A DNA stretch of 64,000 nucleotides from a virus: IMG/VR virus record IMGVR_UViG_3300033990_000306, positions 1 through 64,000 of that record; one strand, 5' to 3'. The notes under the pieces were generated by a model. That model ran no database searches, was not told where the DNA came from, and saw nothing but the letters and a program-made list of their open reading frames with translations. Shown here one piece after another: positions 17,468-28,434 of the stretch. The position numbers and the translations under genes were made by a program. Within the stretch, counting starts at the first letter, position 1, and each line of letters starts with the position of its first letter.

Positions 17468-20400
17468 ATGACTGGTATATTTGTTGGTTACAATATTAAA
17501 ACTGGCGAAGGGCTAAGTTTTATTTCTTCTACTAATACTTTAGAGAATACTGGTGTTCTTAGTTTACAGGGAGATACTGGAAGTTTAAGTTTAGTTTCTG
17601 GTACTGGGATTAGTATTAGTGGGCTAACAATAACCAACACAGGACTTATTAGTGCTAATGCAGGGAGTGGTATAAGTGTAAGCGGCAGTAACCCTCTTAC
17701 AATAACCAATACTGGAGTTTTAAGTTTACAGGGAGATACAGGGACTTTATCTCTTGGGGCTGGGAGTGGTATAGGAATATCAGGACTTACCATAAGTAAT
17801 ACAGGAGTTTTGGGCGTAGGGGGAGGAACAACAAACTACTTAAGTGGGAGTATAAAATTAGTAGCTGGGTCTGATATTGATATAACTCAGTCAGGTCAAG
17901 ACATAACTATAGCAAATACTTATAGCTATAGTCTTCCTAATACAGTTTTAACTTCTTCTTCTACTTACGTTAAAACATTGCAGGGAGATAGTGGGGAATT
18001 ATCATTAACTGCTGGTACTGGAATAGGTATATCAGGGCTCACTATAAGCAATACTGGGGTTACTTCTTTAGCTGGAAGTACTACAATAAGTGTTAGTGGG
18101 AGTGTTGGAGGAATAACAGTAAAGGGATTATATGAAGCGGGTAGTGGGCTTAGTTTAAGCGGGGCTACTTTTACTAATACTGGGGTGTTAGGTATTGGGG
18201 GAGGGACTACTTCTTATTTAAGTGGGGACGTTAAGTTAGTTAATGGGAGTAATATAAGTATAACTCAGAGTGGGCAAGACATAACAATAGCTAATACTTA
18301 TTCTTACACTTTGCCTAGTAGTGTGTTGACTAATAGTAGTACTTATGTGAAGACATTACAGGGAAGTTCTGGGGCTCTTAGTTTGACTGCTGGAACAGGT
18401 ATAGGAATTTCTGGGCTTATTATAAGTAATACTGGAATAATTAATTTGAGTGCGGGGAGTGGTATTAGTGTTAGTGGGAATGAAATTACTAATACAGGAG
18501 TGCTTGGAGTTGGAGGGGGAACGACAGCATACCTTAGTGGAGACATAAAGTTAGTTGCTGGGAATAGTATTAGCATTAGTCAGGGTACTGACACTATAAC
18601 AATAGAAAATACTTATAGTCCTCCTACTAATATTCTTACAAGTAGTTCTACTTATGTTAAGACTTTAGACGGTAGTAGTGGTGCATTGACTCTAGGCTCT
18701 GGCACAGGTATTAGTATTTCAGGACTGACAATAAGTAATACTGGAGTGACTTCACTTTCAGCAGGAACAGGAATTTCTTTATCGGGTTCTACTGGCGGTA
18801 TTACAATAACTAATACGGGGATAATTTCATTAACTGCTGGGAATGGTATATCAGTTAGTGGTTCTTCCATATCAATGTCTGGAAGTTATAGTGGAAATTT
18901 TGATTTGTCTGGTTCTTTAATTCTACCTTATGGTAATACTATTGGGTATGGTGGAGCAATAAATCTGACTGGAAATACTACTGGTGGAGAAGTTTCTGAG
19001 ATTTATTTTCAATCAGCAGGAAATACAAATTCGGATTATGGAATAATTGCTTACCACGATACTATGCCGAATTATGCATTTTGGGGAGCAAGCTCGGAAA
19101 ATAGTGTTTTAGAAATAGCAGCAGGTAACGACTCAAGAAATGGTGATTCAGATATTATTTTGCTCAACGCTACTGCCGCAGTTGTTATAGATGGTGGGAA
19201 TACAAACAATCCCGGGTTTTATAATCAAAATGCTGCAAATCTTATAGTTTTGGGTGAGATATATACAGGAACATCGTCATCAACTGGAAGTCTAACAGTC
19301 AGAAATACTCTTGACAATGGTTCTGGAGATATGTCTATAGCTGGAACATTATCAGTAGCAGGAGAAATTTCAGGGGGAAGCTATAATTTAGTAGGCGGAA
19401 CAGGTATTTCTTTTAGCGGAATTACTATAACAAACACGGGTATTATTTCAGCGTCAGCAGGAAATGGAATTAGTGTAAGTGGAAGTGACCCTTTAACAAT
19501 AACTAACACAGGTGTATTGGGTGTTGGCGGAGGAACGACTTTATACTTAACTGGTGACATTAAATTTATAGCTGGTAGTGATATAAGTATAACACAATCT
19601 GGGCAAGATATAACTATTGCTAATACATATTCTTACACTTTACCTAGTTCAGTTTTGACTAACAGCAGTACTTATGTAAAAACTTTACAAGGGAATAGTG
19701 GAACGGTCTCTTTTACTGCTGGAAGTGGAATAAGTATTAGTGACTTAACTTTTAGTAATACTGGGGTTTTAGGACTGGGCGGAGGGACAACCGCATATTT
19801 AACAGGAAATATTGAGTTGAAGGCTGGAAATAGTATAAGTATTAGTCAGAGTGTTGATACTATAACCATAACCAACACTTATACACCTCCTGCAAATATT
19901 CTTACGAATAGTTCAACCTATGTTAAAACTTTAGATGGCAGTAGTGGAGCTTTAAGTCTTGGGAGTGGAAGTGGAATAAGTATTTCAGGGTTAACAATAA
20001 CCAATACTGGAGTGTTGGGTGTAGGAGGAGGGACTACAAGTTACTTGACAGGAGATGTTAAGTTTGTAGCTGGAAGTAATATAGACATTACTCAGTCTGG
20101 TCAGGACATAACAATAGCAAATACATATAGTTATACTCTGCCTAGTACAGTACTTACTAGTAGTTCTACCTATGTTAAAACATTACAGGGGAGTAGTGGG
20201 GTTTTATCATTATCTGCGGGTACTGGAATTAGTATTAGCGGGTTGACAATAACTAACACGGAGCCTAATGTTGATTACCCTGCCCAGAGTAATACTTGGA
20301 GTGCTTTACAGACTTTCGGGGATAATATTAGTTTTATGGGAGAGCAGGTTAGTGGGAGTACTATTTCTGCTGGGAGTTTTCTATATGACAATGGAACGAA

Positions 20401-21067
20401 TTTTGTTAGACAGAGTTTAGCTGGAGGAACGGGTATTAGTGTTTCTGACTATACTATAACAAATACTGGAGTAACTTCTTTAGCTTCTGGTACAGGTATT
20501 TCTTTATCAGGAAGTACTGGAGGAGTTACAGTAACTAATACAGGTGTAACTTCATTGCAGGGCTATACGGGAGGACTATCTTTAAGTGCAGGAAGTGGTA
20601 TTAGTATTTCTGGGTTGACTATAAGAAATACTGGTATTATTAGTGCTAGTGCGGGAAATGGTATTAGTATAAGTGGTACAAATCCTTTGAGTATTTCTAT
20701 GAGTGGAACTTATAGCGGAAGTATGACTTTAAATGGGGGTATGACTCTTGGGGGAGTATTAAATTTAAATAACAACTATTGGCAAGGTTTTGGTTCATAT
20801 GAGTATTTGCCGAATCCCGGTAATATGAGTGGTGCAATAAGAATGATATATTTAAATGGTAGTAGTATGTTTAATAATACATCACCACACGATGTTTTTT
20901 GTATTGTTATATCACAAGGTTTTGTAACTAGTGGTAGTTATTGGAATCAATTGACATATGCAGGCTCGTATGTTTCAATGATAATATTGTATCCTAATAA
21001 TTACATACAAAATGCATCAGGCGGTACAACTTCAATATTTGCTATAGAAATAGATAATGTAGGTTAA
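17468..21067 (+). CDS. long tail fibre with Gly/Ser/Thr repeats
   Basis: Many (T/S)NTGV..L.G..G.L.L.AG.GI.ISG and GGGTTxYLxGDIK repeats; unique central and C-terminal domains. Confidence 0.85.
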   Translation: MTGIFVGYNIKTGEGLSFISSTNTLENTGVLSLQGDTGSLSLVSGTGISISGLTITNTGLISANAGSGISVSGSNPLTITNTGVLSLQGDTGTLSLGAGSGIGISGLTISNTGVLGVGGGTTNYLSGSIKLVAGSDIDITQSGQDITIANTYSYSLPNTVLTSSSTYVKTLQGDSGELSLTAGTGIGISGLTISNTGVTSLAGSTTISVSGSVGGITVKGLYEAGSGLSLSGATFTNTGVLGIGGGTTSYLSGDVKLVNGSNISITQSGQDITIANTYSYTLPSSVLTNSSTYVKTLQGSSGALSLTAGTGIGISGLIISNTGIINLSAGSGISVSGNEITNTGVLGVGGGTTAYLSGDIKLVAGNSISISQGTDTITIENTYSPPTNILTSSSTYVKTLDGSSGALTLGSGTGISISGLTISNTGVTSLSAGTGISLSGSTGGITITNTGIISLTAGNGISVSGSSISMSGSYSGNFDLSGSLILPYGNTIGYGGAINLTGNTTGGEVSEIYFQSAGNTNSDYGIIAYHDTMPNYAFWGASSENSVLEIAAGNDSRNGDSDIILLNATAAVVIDGGNTNNPGFYNQNAANLIVLGEIYTGTSSSTGSLTVRNTLDNGSGDMSIAGTLSVAGEISGGSYNLVGGTGISFSGITITNTGIISASAGNGISVSGSDPLTITNTGVLGVGGGTTLYLTGDIKFIAGSDISITQSGQDITIANTYSYTLPSSVLTNSSTYVKTLQGNSGTVSFTAGSGISISDLTFSNTGVLGLGGGTTAYLTGNIELKAGNSISISQSVDTITITNTYTPPANILTNSSTYVKTLDGSSGALSLGSGSGISISGLTITNTGVLGVGGGTTSYLTGDVKFVAGSNIDITQSGQDITIANTYSYTLPSTVLTSSSTYVKTLQGSSGVLSLSAGTGISISGLTITNTEPNVDYPAQSNTWSALQTFGDNISFMGEQVSGSTISAGSFLYDNGTNFVRQSLAGGTGISVSDYTITNTGVTSLASGTGISLSGSTGGVTVTNTGVTSLQGYTGGLSLSAGSGISISGLTIRNTGIISASAGNGISISGTNPLSISMSGTYSGSMTLNGGMTLGGVLNLNNNYWQGFGSYEYLPNPGNMSGAIRMIYLNGSSMFNNTSPHDVFCIVISQGFVTSGSYWNQLTYAGSYVSMIILYPNNYIQNASGGTTSIFAIEIDNVG

Positions 21068-21137
21068 GGAAAATGAAAAAAGTTTTAAATAAAACAATTA
21101 ATAGAAATCTTTATAATACTACTCTTAATACAGTTTT

Positions 21138-21371
21138 ATGACAGACTTGGAAGAGTTAAGAAAGCAGTTGCAGGATTCTATGAAGAAAATTATGGAGAGT
21201 TACAATGTTGCCAAAGAGGCTTCTACTTCTCTTTACGAGAAGACAGTAAGTTCATTGGTGGGTAACATTGACTTCCTAATGAAAGAAGTTGAAAGGCTTA
21301 ACATAGAAATAAAGCAACTTAAAGAGAAAGACAATGACAATAAAGAAACTAGCAAAGAAACTTCTAACTGA
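21138..21371 (+). CDS. coiled-coil protein (possible fibre chaperone)
   Basis: Heptad pattern; follows the fibre gene. Confidence 0.5.
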   Translation: MTDLEELRKQLQDSMKKIMESYNVAKEASTSLYEKTVSSLVGNIDFLMKEVERLNIEIKQLKEKDNDNKETSKETSN

Positions 21372-21480
21372 AATTAGGGCGGGCATTGCTGGGCAGGAAG
21401 TTTATGTTTGCGAGGATTGTGGAGAAGCGTTTGAGACTGACAGGGAATTATTCTTGCATAGAGTAGAAAATCATAGGTGA
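21334..21480 (+). CDS. single C2H2 zinc-finger protein (48 aa)
   Basis: YVCEDCGEAFETDRELFLHRVENH; not in ORF track. Confidence 0.6.
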   Translation: MTIKKLAKKLLTEIRAGIAGQEVYVCEDCGEAFETDRELFLHRVENHR

Positions 21481-21932
21481 ATAATATGGTAGGAGTTATG
21501 ACTGACAAAGAAATATTAGAATACATTAAAGTGGGCAAACTTATAGCTGTTAATTTTAACGAAAAGAATTTAACGCCAAACGGCTATGACCTTTCAGCAA
21601 AATTAATGAATTTTACTGAGCTTGACCCAACATTAAAAGTTTACAAAATTATGACAGACGAATACCTGAAAATACCAGAAGATATAGTTGGGAGAATGTA
21701 TTTAAAGTCTCGTTACTGTAGAAAAGGAGTTTGGGGTAGTTTTGGGTTTATTGATGCTGGATTTGAGGGAGCAATAGAGTTTACTTTATTTAATTTTCCT
21801 AAAGAAGAGTTTGAGGGAAAGACCGACTCAATTCCTCTAGTCCAAGTAATTTTTGAGAAATTGGGCAAGAATGTAGAAAAGAGTTATGCTAAGAGGAGTG
21901 GGAATTTTCAGTTTACGGGTTTAGAAATATAA
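21477..21932 (+). CDS. dcd: dCTP deaminase / trimeric dUTPase family
   Basis: LTPNGYDL, LKSRYCRKG, IDAGFEG, Y..RSGNFQ. Confidence 0.85.
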   Translation: MNNMVGVMTDKEILEYIKVGKLIAVNFNEKNLTPNGYDLSAKLMNFTELDPTLKVYKIMTDEYLKIPEDIVGRMYLKSRYCRKGVWGSFGFIDAGFEGAIEFTLFNFPKEEFEGKTDSIPLVQVIFEKLGKNVEKSYAKRSGNFQFTGLEI

Positions 21933-21964
21933 ATATTTAAGTATATTAATGTTATAACTGGGTT

Positions 21965-22327
21965 ATGAAAGAAGTAGAAGTTTATGTTAGCAAGAGTTTT
22001 GTAGAGGAGTTAAAAGGAGATTTCCTTAAGTTTATGGAGTTTAATTCTAGACTCTATGGTATTTTTGGAAATTGGAAGAGAATGACCACATTTGAGCCCT
22101 TTGTTGACCAGACAGTTTTGTATGGGGCAAACTTGGTTAAATACCGTATTCCGGCAAAACTAGGAATGCTTATAGGTGTAAAGAAACTTTGTTTGGCTTA
22201 TGGGGCTTCTAATTTTATATTTGCGGAAAAGAAAATAAAAGAAGAAAAATATGTTAATTGGAATGAGTTAATGGAAAAATTATTTGAAGAGTTTAAAGTT
22301 TTGGGAGAGAAGGAGCAGGAACACTAG
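21965..22327 (+). CDS. hypothetical protein
   Basis: ORF with TATA 29 nt upstream. Confidence 0.6.
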   Translation: MKEVEVYVSKSFVEELKGDFLKFMEFNSRLYGIFGNWKRMTTFEPFVDQTVLYGANLVKYRIPAKLGMLIGVKKLCLAYGASNFIFAEKKIKEEKYVNWNELMEKLFEEFKVLGEKEQEH

Positions 22328-23009
22328 CTTCTTGTTTCTTTTTAAGTTCCTCTTGTCTTGCCATAATTTCTTCTATTGACATTGGCGGTTCTAGAGGAAT
22401 AGTCTTATAGTGAGCTACTCTTATTCTTGGGTCACAACCTATTTTAGCGTCATATTTCTTTCTTGAGGTTCGGCAGAAATTATATTCTTCTGAGGTCTGA
22501 TTAGTGTATTGAGTATATAGTGGTATAAATTCTCCAGAGACCAACCCATATTGACTGATGGGCTTTAGTTGTTTCATTAGGTTATAGCTAATTCCAGCTA
22601 GAGTAAAACTACCAGCTTCAATTTCAAACGTCTTAAAGTCTGCTATATGTTTTGGGTAAGTAAACCCTTTCTCAAGAGGAGAAATTAATACATTACCGTC
22701 AAGCCCTCTTACTGGGGCTACTACTATATCAAACTCTTCGAAGTCTTCAAGAAGATATTTTATTGTCGTAGCATAATCAGTCATTGGAAGGGCATCGTGG
22801 TCTAACATTATTAGATTTCTTTTAGCCTTTAAAGCTCCACTTATTAACTGACTTCTGTTTACGTCAACTCTATTAGACTGGGAAATCAAAGGCATTACAG
22901 GGCTACCACTCATCCACCTAATAAGGTGAGAATAAAACTGGGTATAGCCCAAATGTCCGGCTGGCACTCCTAGTAAAAATTCTTTGCTTTCTAACACTTT
23001 CTTTACCAT
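22293..23009 (-). CDS. GT-A fold glycosyltransferase
   Basis: NRSQL, MLDHD (DxD), SEEYNFC, CDPRIRVAHYK; the only credible minus-strand gene. Confidence 0.8.
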   Translation of the reverse strand: MVKKVLESKEFLLGVPAGHLGYTQFYSHLIRWMSGSPVMPLISQSNRVDVNRSQLISGALKAKRNLIMLDHDALPMTDYATTIKYLLEDFEEFDIVVAPVRGLDGNVLISPLEKGFTYPKHIADFKTFEIEAGSFTLAGISYNLMKQLKPISQYGLVSGEFIPLYTQYTNQTSEEYNFCRTSRKKYDAKIGCDPRIRVAHYKTIPLEPPMSIEEIMARQEELKKKQEASVPAPSLPKL

Positions 23010-23078
23010 AGCACTAAATTAATAACTTATTATTAAAGTTAATCAAATAATTTAATAGGAGGAATATATTACTGTAGT

Positions 23079-23489
23079 ATGGAGGGGAGAGTTATTATTA
23101 AGAGGAATGGAGAGGTAGTTGCGGAGAAAGAGAATTTAATTGTTAATAGTGGGGTTGAGCAATTAGCTAAACTTATTAATGGGGAAAGTACTATTTCTTT
23201 TAACTATATGGGAATAGGAACTTCCGCTACGACACCTTCTTCCACCCAAACTTCGTTAGGGAGTCAAGTAGCAATAGTGAAAACTACTAATAGTTTAGCA
23301 ACTACAAGAGTTAGTAATGACACTTGTTTGTTTCAGGCTACTTTTAGTTTTAGTACTAGTTATGCTTTGACTGAAATTGGACTATTTACTTCTTCTACTT
23401 CGGGTATAATGCTCAATAGAACACTCATAGGGACAGTTAATGTGTCTTCTGGGATAGATGTTTCTGTACTATGGCAAGTTGTCGTCTAA
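23079..23489 (+). CDS. virion structural protein, paralog of 10333
   Basis: NLIVNSG...FNYMGIGTS...TEIGLF...WQVVV. Confidence 0.7.
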   Translation: MEGRVIIKRNGEVVAEKENLIVNSGVEQLAKLINGESTISFNYMGIGTSATTPSSTQTSLGSQVAIVKTTNSLATTRVSNDTCLFQATFSFSTSYALTEIGLFTSSTSGIMLNRTLIGTVNVSSGIDVSVLWQVVV

Positions 23490-23555
23490 TGAATTATAAA
23501 TTTGACCTGAATAAAAATGTCGAGACATTTAAATAGAAGGATGGTATGACTGAAT

Positions 23556-23948
23556 ATGGTTAAGTTGTTTAAATTGGAAAATGTAAATGGACTTGTTAAG
23601 GTAACAATGACTTCAACTATGAAGGCTATACTTATACTGGAAGTTTTGTTTGCGGCTTTTCTATTTGAGACGGGCTATACTTTTCTAGGCATTGCAACAT
23701 TCGGATTTTATGTAGTGGGATTTCTCTTCTTTGTAGGCGGAATAGGAGTAGTGTTTATAGCAGTACTTCCATTTATGCCTTCGTTTACAGGAATACTCGG
23801 AGAGCTACAGTCCCAACTTATAAAGCAGGAGAATCAGCTTACTCCAGAAGAACTAGCTCAACTTAAAGCTTTACTGCCTATTCTTGAGAACCTTCTTAAA
23901 GCGGAAGGAGAAAACTTGGGAAATAGTCTAGTAGAGAAAAAGGAATAG
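23556..23948 (+). CDS. two-TM membrane protein (holin-like)
   Basis: Two hydrophobic helices and charged C-terminal tail. Confidence 0.45.
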   Translation: MVKLFKLENVNGLVKVTMTSTMKAILILEVLFAAFLFETGYTFLGIATFGFYVVGFLFFVGGIGVVFIAVLPFMPSFTGILGELQSQLIKQENQLTPEELAQLKALLPILENLLKAEGENLGNSLVEKKE

Positions 23949-23975
23949 TTTTTAGTTAAGTAATGATATCCAGTT

Positions 23976-26672
23976 GTGTCTACTACAATCGTAAGAGGGT
24001 ATGATGAGTTTGCTTTATATGAAATTTCCTTAAATGATTATGTAGAGAATGAGTTAGACAAAGGAAATTTTAATCCTACTTTTTATGTACCTAAATCTTA
24101 TTTACCTCACTTAGAAATAGTTCAATTACCTTTTTATGCTAGTATAAGTGAGCTTATTGATTTGCTTACTTTGAGTACAAATTTGAAGACTGGGGAAGTT
24201 AAGTTTGTGTTGGAGAGTTTAGACCTTTCTCCCATTGAAAAGAGTTATAGTAATACTGTTAATAATTATTATGAGGAGTTTAGTTTAAGTGAAGTTCAGT
24301 TTTATAAGCCTAATTTATATTCTAAGTTGGAGGAATTATTTTCTGAGGAGTATAGTTTTAAGTTAGCAGAAAGTTTTAAGAGTAATATTTCTCTTGAAGA
24401 GTATTTTAATTTAAAGACCAATATTAAGTTAATTTCTAATTTACTTGTAGAAGAGTTGGAGAAATTTGGAATTAATATTTTGGAAAAGACAGAAATGACT
24501 CTGACTCAAGAAACCTTCTTTAAAGTGGCAGTAAAAGAATTATTGAGTTTAGTTTTTAGTGAAGAAGTAGTTTATTCTCAGGGAGTAATAGAAACTTTAA
24601 CTTTAGTATTGACTGAAAAATATTCTGCTTCTACGGAGTTTAAGGAAGAAAGTAATTTAGTATTTGGGGAAAAATATTCTTTTGACTTAATAATAAAGAC
24701 TTTGTTAGACTTATATTTGGCTTATAAGAAAAATATAAGCTTATTATTTTCAGAAGAAAATGTTATTAGTTTGCTTGAGGAAATAAGAGAGAATGTAGCA
24801 TTGAAAGAGGAAGTTAGTTTAGCTTTAGAAACAAAGGAGTATAGTAGTGCAGAAAGTAAATTTTCTGAGGAGTTTTTGTTACAAGAGAAAAGTACTTTTG
24901 CTACCACTATTATAAGTTTGTTAGACTTATTGCTTACCGAGAGTAGTTATGTTAAGAACATTAGTATTGAAAGTTTATTAGAGTTAATTATTAGTGAGAA
25001 AGAAACTTTCAAAGTTTTACTAAGTGAGTTGCTTAGTCTAACTTTTCTGGAGAAGACTATTATTGGTCAGCGTTGGGAGGAAATAACTAACTTAGTGCTT
25101 GAGGAGTTAAGTAGTTTGCACGTTGCCGAGACTGAGACTAATTCTTTAAGTTTGGTGGAGGAGGTCGTTAGTAGAATTTTATTGAGATTGGAAGAGGGAT
25201 TAGTATTGTCCTATAGTAACGTTTCTTTGCTTAATATAGAGCAGAGTATAGAGTTACCTTTAGAAGAAGTAACTATAGCAAAAGTTAATACTAATTACTA
25301 TGAGAATTTGCAACCGAGTGAAATTTCTAATATTGAGCTTACATTACTTTCTTTTGGGGACTTAGTTTTAAGTTATGTTATTTCTCCGCCTAAAGTAAGT
25401 TTTGAGAAACATAGTAAGGTATTACTTTATTATACATTGAAAAATGAGGTAGACATAGAGGAGAGTTTAATAGTACTTCCTCAAGAGTATACAAGGTTTT
25501 ATATTGATTTGGAAACCTTTAATGAAATTGTATTAACAGAAACTACTATTATTGCTAGACTAGAGAATATAATAGAGACACTATTGTTAGAGAGTTATAC
25601 TGAGTTTAGTTTAACCGCAAAAGAAGTTACTGAGTTAAATATTTTTGAGGAATTTTATTCGTACATTCGTACCTTTCTGACAACATCTCTTGGGCTAACT
25701 TATGATTTTAGCTTGTTACCAGCTATAAGTGAGCTATTGGAGTTTATATTTTCGGAGACTGCTTTTATAAATAAGGTTGCATTGGCGGAGACTATTGATG
25801 TGAACTTGGTGGAGAATTACTTTAATTACATTAACACTACAAAGGAAACAGAAATTACACTTACAGAGTTAATAACCAATGAAATAAAGTTAAACGAGAA
25901 AGGAGAACTGAGCTTTGAGTATTCTGTTAAGTTTGGGGTTTTAGACTCATTTAGAGAGGAGTTGCAGGTTACTTATTCATATTTTGTTGGGGGAAAGGTG
26001 GAGAAGTTTTTAGAGAGTGACTTAGGGTTAGAGGAATTTCCGACAATGAATATAGTTTTTCCAAGAAAGGAAGAGGAAGTATTAGTAGAGTATTCAGAGT
26101 TAGTACCTTCTATAGAAGAGTTTAATGACTTAAGAATTGTAGAGACGATAAGTGAAGCAGTAGATGGAGTATTAAACATTAAAGAGATTTTGCCGTTAAG
26201 AGTAACTGCTTTTGCTGGAACAAATTACGTTACTATGCTGGACTTCTTCCAACATTACTTTACCAGTATTAGTGGAATTAGTTTTAATTCTATTTATGAC
26301 TTAAAGAATTATGACTTAGTAAGACAGGGGAATGGGATATTCTTATGGACAGAAAAGCAGGATGAAGATTATGTTGGGTTTGGTAACGAAGTCTTTGGAA
26401 AGTATATTATTGGGGCAGACTTATATTTATTTGGGGTTAATACTGCTACTTTGCTTAATACTATAATTTCTGAGGTAAGTAAATTGACTGGTGACTTTTC
26501 TGCAAATTCATTGTTAGTTGGGGGAGAGTATATAGTTTGGCTTAAGTTGTTGGGGCAGAGAAACTTTCAGAGGAAGATGAGAGGGGCTACAAAGTATAGG
26601 TTTGTTTTTGAGTTAATGACTTATAATGCTATGAAGTATAATAGGTATGGTATAAATATGAGCGAGGTATAA
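23976..26672 (+). CDS. Glu/Leu/Ser-repeat filament protein with C-terminal tail-completion-like domain
   Basis: Degenerate short E..L.L.E repeats; C-terminal domain homologous to 26682 and 29733. Confidence 0.6.
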   Translation: MSTTIVRGYDEFALYEISLNDYVENELDKGNFNPTFYVPKSYLPHLEIVQLPFYASISELIDLLTLSTNLKTGEVKFVLESLDLSPIEKSYSNTVNNYYEEFSLSEVQFYKPNLYSKLEELFSEEYSFKLAESFKSNISLEEYFNLKTNIKLISNLLVEELEKFGINILEKTEMTLTQETFFKVAVKELLSLVFSEEVVYSQGVIETLTLVLTEKYSASTEFKEESNLVFGEKYSFDLIIKTLLDLYLAYKKNISLLFSEENVISLLEEIRENVALKEEVSLALETKEYSSAESKFSEEFLLQEKSTFATTIISLLDLLLTESSYVKNISIESLLELIISEKETFKVLLSELLSLTFLEKTIIGQRWEEITNLVLEELSSLHVAETETNSLSLVEEVVSRILLRLEEGLVLSYSNVSLLNIEQSIELPLEEVTIAKVNTNYYENLQPSEISNIELTLLSFGDLVLSYVISPPKVSFEKHSKVLLYYTLKNEVDIEESLIVLPQEYTRFYIDLETFNEIVLTETTIIARLENIIETLLLESYTEFSLTAKEVTELNIFEEFYSYIRTFLTTSLGLTYDFSLLPAISELLEFIFSETAFINKVALAETIDVNLVENYFNYINTTKETEITLTELITNEIKLNEKGELSFEYSVKFGVLDSFREELQVTYSYFVGGKVEKFLESDLGLEEFPTMNIVFPRKEEEVLVEYSELVPSIEEFNDLRIVETISEAVDGVLNIKEILPLRVTAFAGTNYVTMLDFFQHYFTSISGISFNSIYDLKNYDLVRQGNGIFLWTEKQDEDYVGFGNEVFGKYIIGADLYLFGVNTATLLNTIISEVSKLTGDFSANSLLVGGEYIVWLKLLGQRNFQRKMRGATKYRFVFELMTYNAMKYNRYGINMSEV

Positions 26673-26681
26673 GGAGATAAT

Positions 26682-28397
26682 ATGAAGATTACAATAACCA
26701 ATGACACTAGTAATAATCTTCCTGCTTCTTATTCTTATAGTTTAAATTTGAGTGGGCTGGTGCCATTTAATTCTTATGGGAGCAATATTTATTTTACTAG
26801 TTCTACAAGCGGTAATAGAATTTATAGTTGGTATGAGGGTGGGGGAGTTTATTGGGTTAATATAGGGAGAGAATTACTTATAAGCTCTACAGTAAATGTT
26901 TATGTTAAAATTGGAACTACTGGGGCTAATTATTTTAATTCTTCTACTGGTTGTTCACCACTAATTAGTACTACTTATGGAGAGTATGATACTGGGTTTA
27001 AAGTATTTCAGTTTTATGATAATTTTGCAGGTACAGTATTAAGCTCAGCGTGGACTACAATTACTACTAATGGAGGTACATATTCAGTTAATAATGGTAT
27101 AACTGTTAGTGAAAATACTCAAACAACCGATATGAGAGTAGTAACAAAATCAACATACAGTAATGGTATACTTGAGGCTTATATTTTGGGTCAAACCTTT
27201 GGAAGTTATAGAGGTACTGGGTTAGAATATGATACAGTATTGCCAAATAGTAGTGGAAATAATGGACAATATGGATATAGATGGATGTCTTCTCTTAACA
27301 GCGAGCCGGGAAACTATATTCAGTCAGTGGTAAATGGTGGGGATAATACTATAGTTAGTCTTGGTAGTATTTCGTCTTCTTATAATTTTCTTTTAACAGC
27401 AGATTGGAATGAAACGGGTTATGTAGCTTGGTTTAATAATTCTTCTACTACACCACTATTATCAGTAAATAGTAGTACAGTTACTTATGGTCCAGCTTAT
27501 TTAGCTATTTATGCTGGGTCTGATGGAAGTAATATAGGGACTATAGATGTCGCTTATATTAGGTTTAGAACTTCTTTTAACAATGAGAAACCTAACGTAG
27601 CAATTCCACAAGGTTTAAATTTGCTTTCAGAGTTGACACTTGTTAGTAGTACTATAGTAAAGGGTTATGGGTTTGACTCTCTTACTAATACATTGACTGT
27701 AGTTCCTCTTAATTTATCTCCAATTTCAGAAATAGGATTTAATGAAGTATTTGGGGAAGAAAGTAGATTTGCTTTTTATGAGGGCTTTTTTAGTTTTCCT
27801 AAGAGTATTGGGGTAATTCCTCCTAACATTCCAATATTAGAGTTTATGGATTCATTTTTCGAAGGACTGTTACCAGTAGAGCATATTTATGAAGTAAAGA
27901 ATTATGACTTGATAAGACAGCAGAATGTTGTTGTTATGTGGGTGGATGACTTAGACCAGACTTATATTGGGTTCGGTAATGAGAGTTGGGGAGATTATTC
28001 TATTTCGGCTGATATTTATTTAATTGGGCAAAATACTAATGGGTTGCTAGATAATATTGTTAGTACTATTCACCAGAGAGTAGCTAGTTTTGATAGTAGA
28101 AATTCCTTTATAGAGCTTGATAAAGTTGTATGGATTAAGTTGGAGAGTGAGGAGAATTTTCAAAGTTCAGTAAGAGGGGCTACAAAGTATAGGTTTACTT
28201 TTTCAGTAAGAGTTTATATTAATGAATTGTTGGATAGGTACTCTACTGGGGGAGTTACTAGTATGTATATGAATATTTCTGGAGAAAGTTCTACTGGGAT
28301 AAGTACTAGTTATAGTAGTACAATATTAGTTAATGCTGACATTACGTCAGAGCAGTTTAATCAACTTATGAGTTCTACTATTAGAAAAATTATTTAA
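26682..28397 (+). CDS. DUF2341-like virion protein with C-terminal tail-completion-like domain
   Basis: NIYF...YSWYE...WV, G..VF.FYDNFAG; shared KNYDL.RQ...RGATKYRF domain. Confidence 0.7.
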   Translation: MKITITNDTSNNLPASYSYSLNLSGLVPFNSYGSNIYFTSSTSGNRIYSWYEGGGVYWVNIGRELLISSTVNVYVKIGTTGANYFNSSTGCSPLISTTYGEYDTGFKVFQFYDNFAGTVLSSAWTTITTNGGTYSVNNGITVSENTQTTDMRVVTKSTYSNGILEAYILGQTFGSYRGTGLEYDTVLPNSSGNNGQYGYRWMSSLNSEPGNYIQSVVNGGDNTIVSLGSISSSYNFLLTADWNETGYVAWFNNSSTTPLLSVNSSTVTYGPAYLAIYAGSDGSNIGTIDVAYIRFRTSFNNEKPNVAIPQGLNLLSELTLVSSTIVKGYGFDSLTNTLTVVPLNLSPISEIGFNEVFGEESRFAFYEGFFSFPKSIGVIPPNIPILEFMDSFFEGLLPVEHIYEVKNYDLIRQQNVVVMWVDDLDQTYIGFGNESWGDYSISADIYLIGQNTNGLLDNIVSTIHQRVASFDSRNSFIELDKVVWIKLESEENFQSSVRGATKYRFTFSVRVYINELLDRYSTGGVTSMYMNISGESSTGISTSYSSTILVNADITSEQFNQLMSSTIRKII

Positions 28398-28434
28398 CTG
28401 CTAATTTAAATATTACTAATGAATATGGTGAAAT

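Noticed and set aside
17468-21067. Fibre repeats as a diversity-generating retroelement or DNA repeat array
   Set aside because: Repeats are conserved at protein level with synonymous divergence; no reverse transcriptase or adenine-specific TR/VR pair seen
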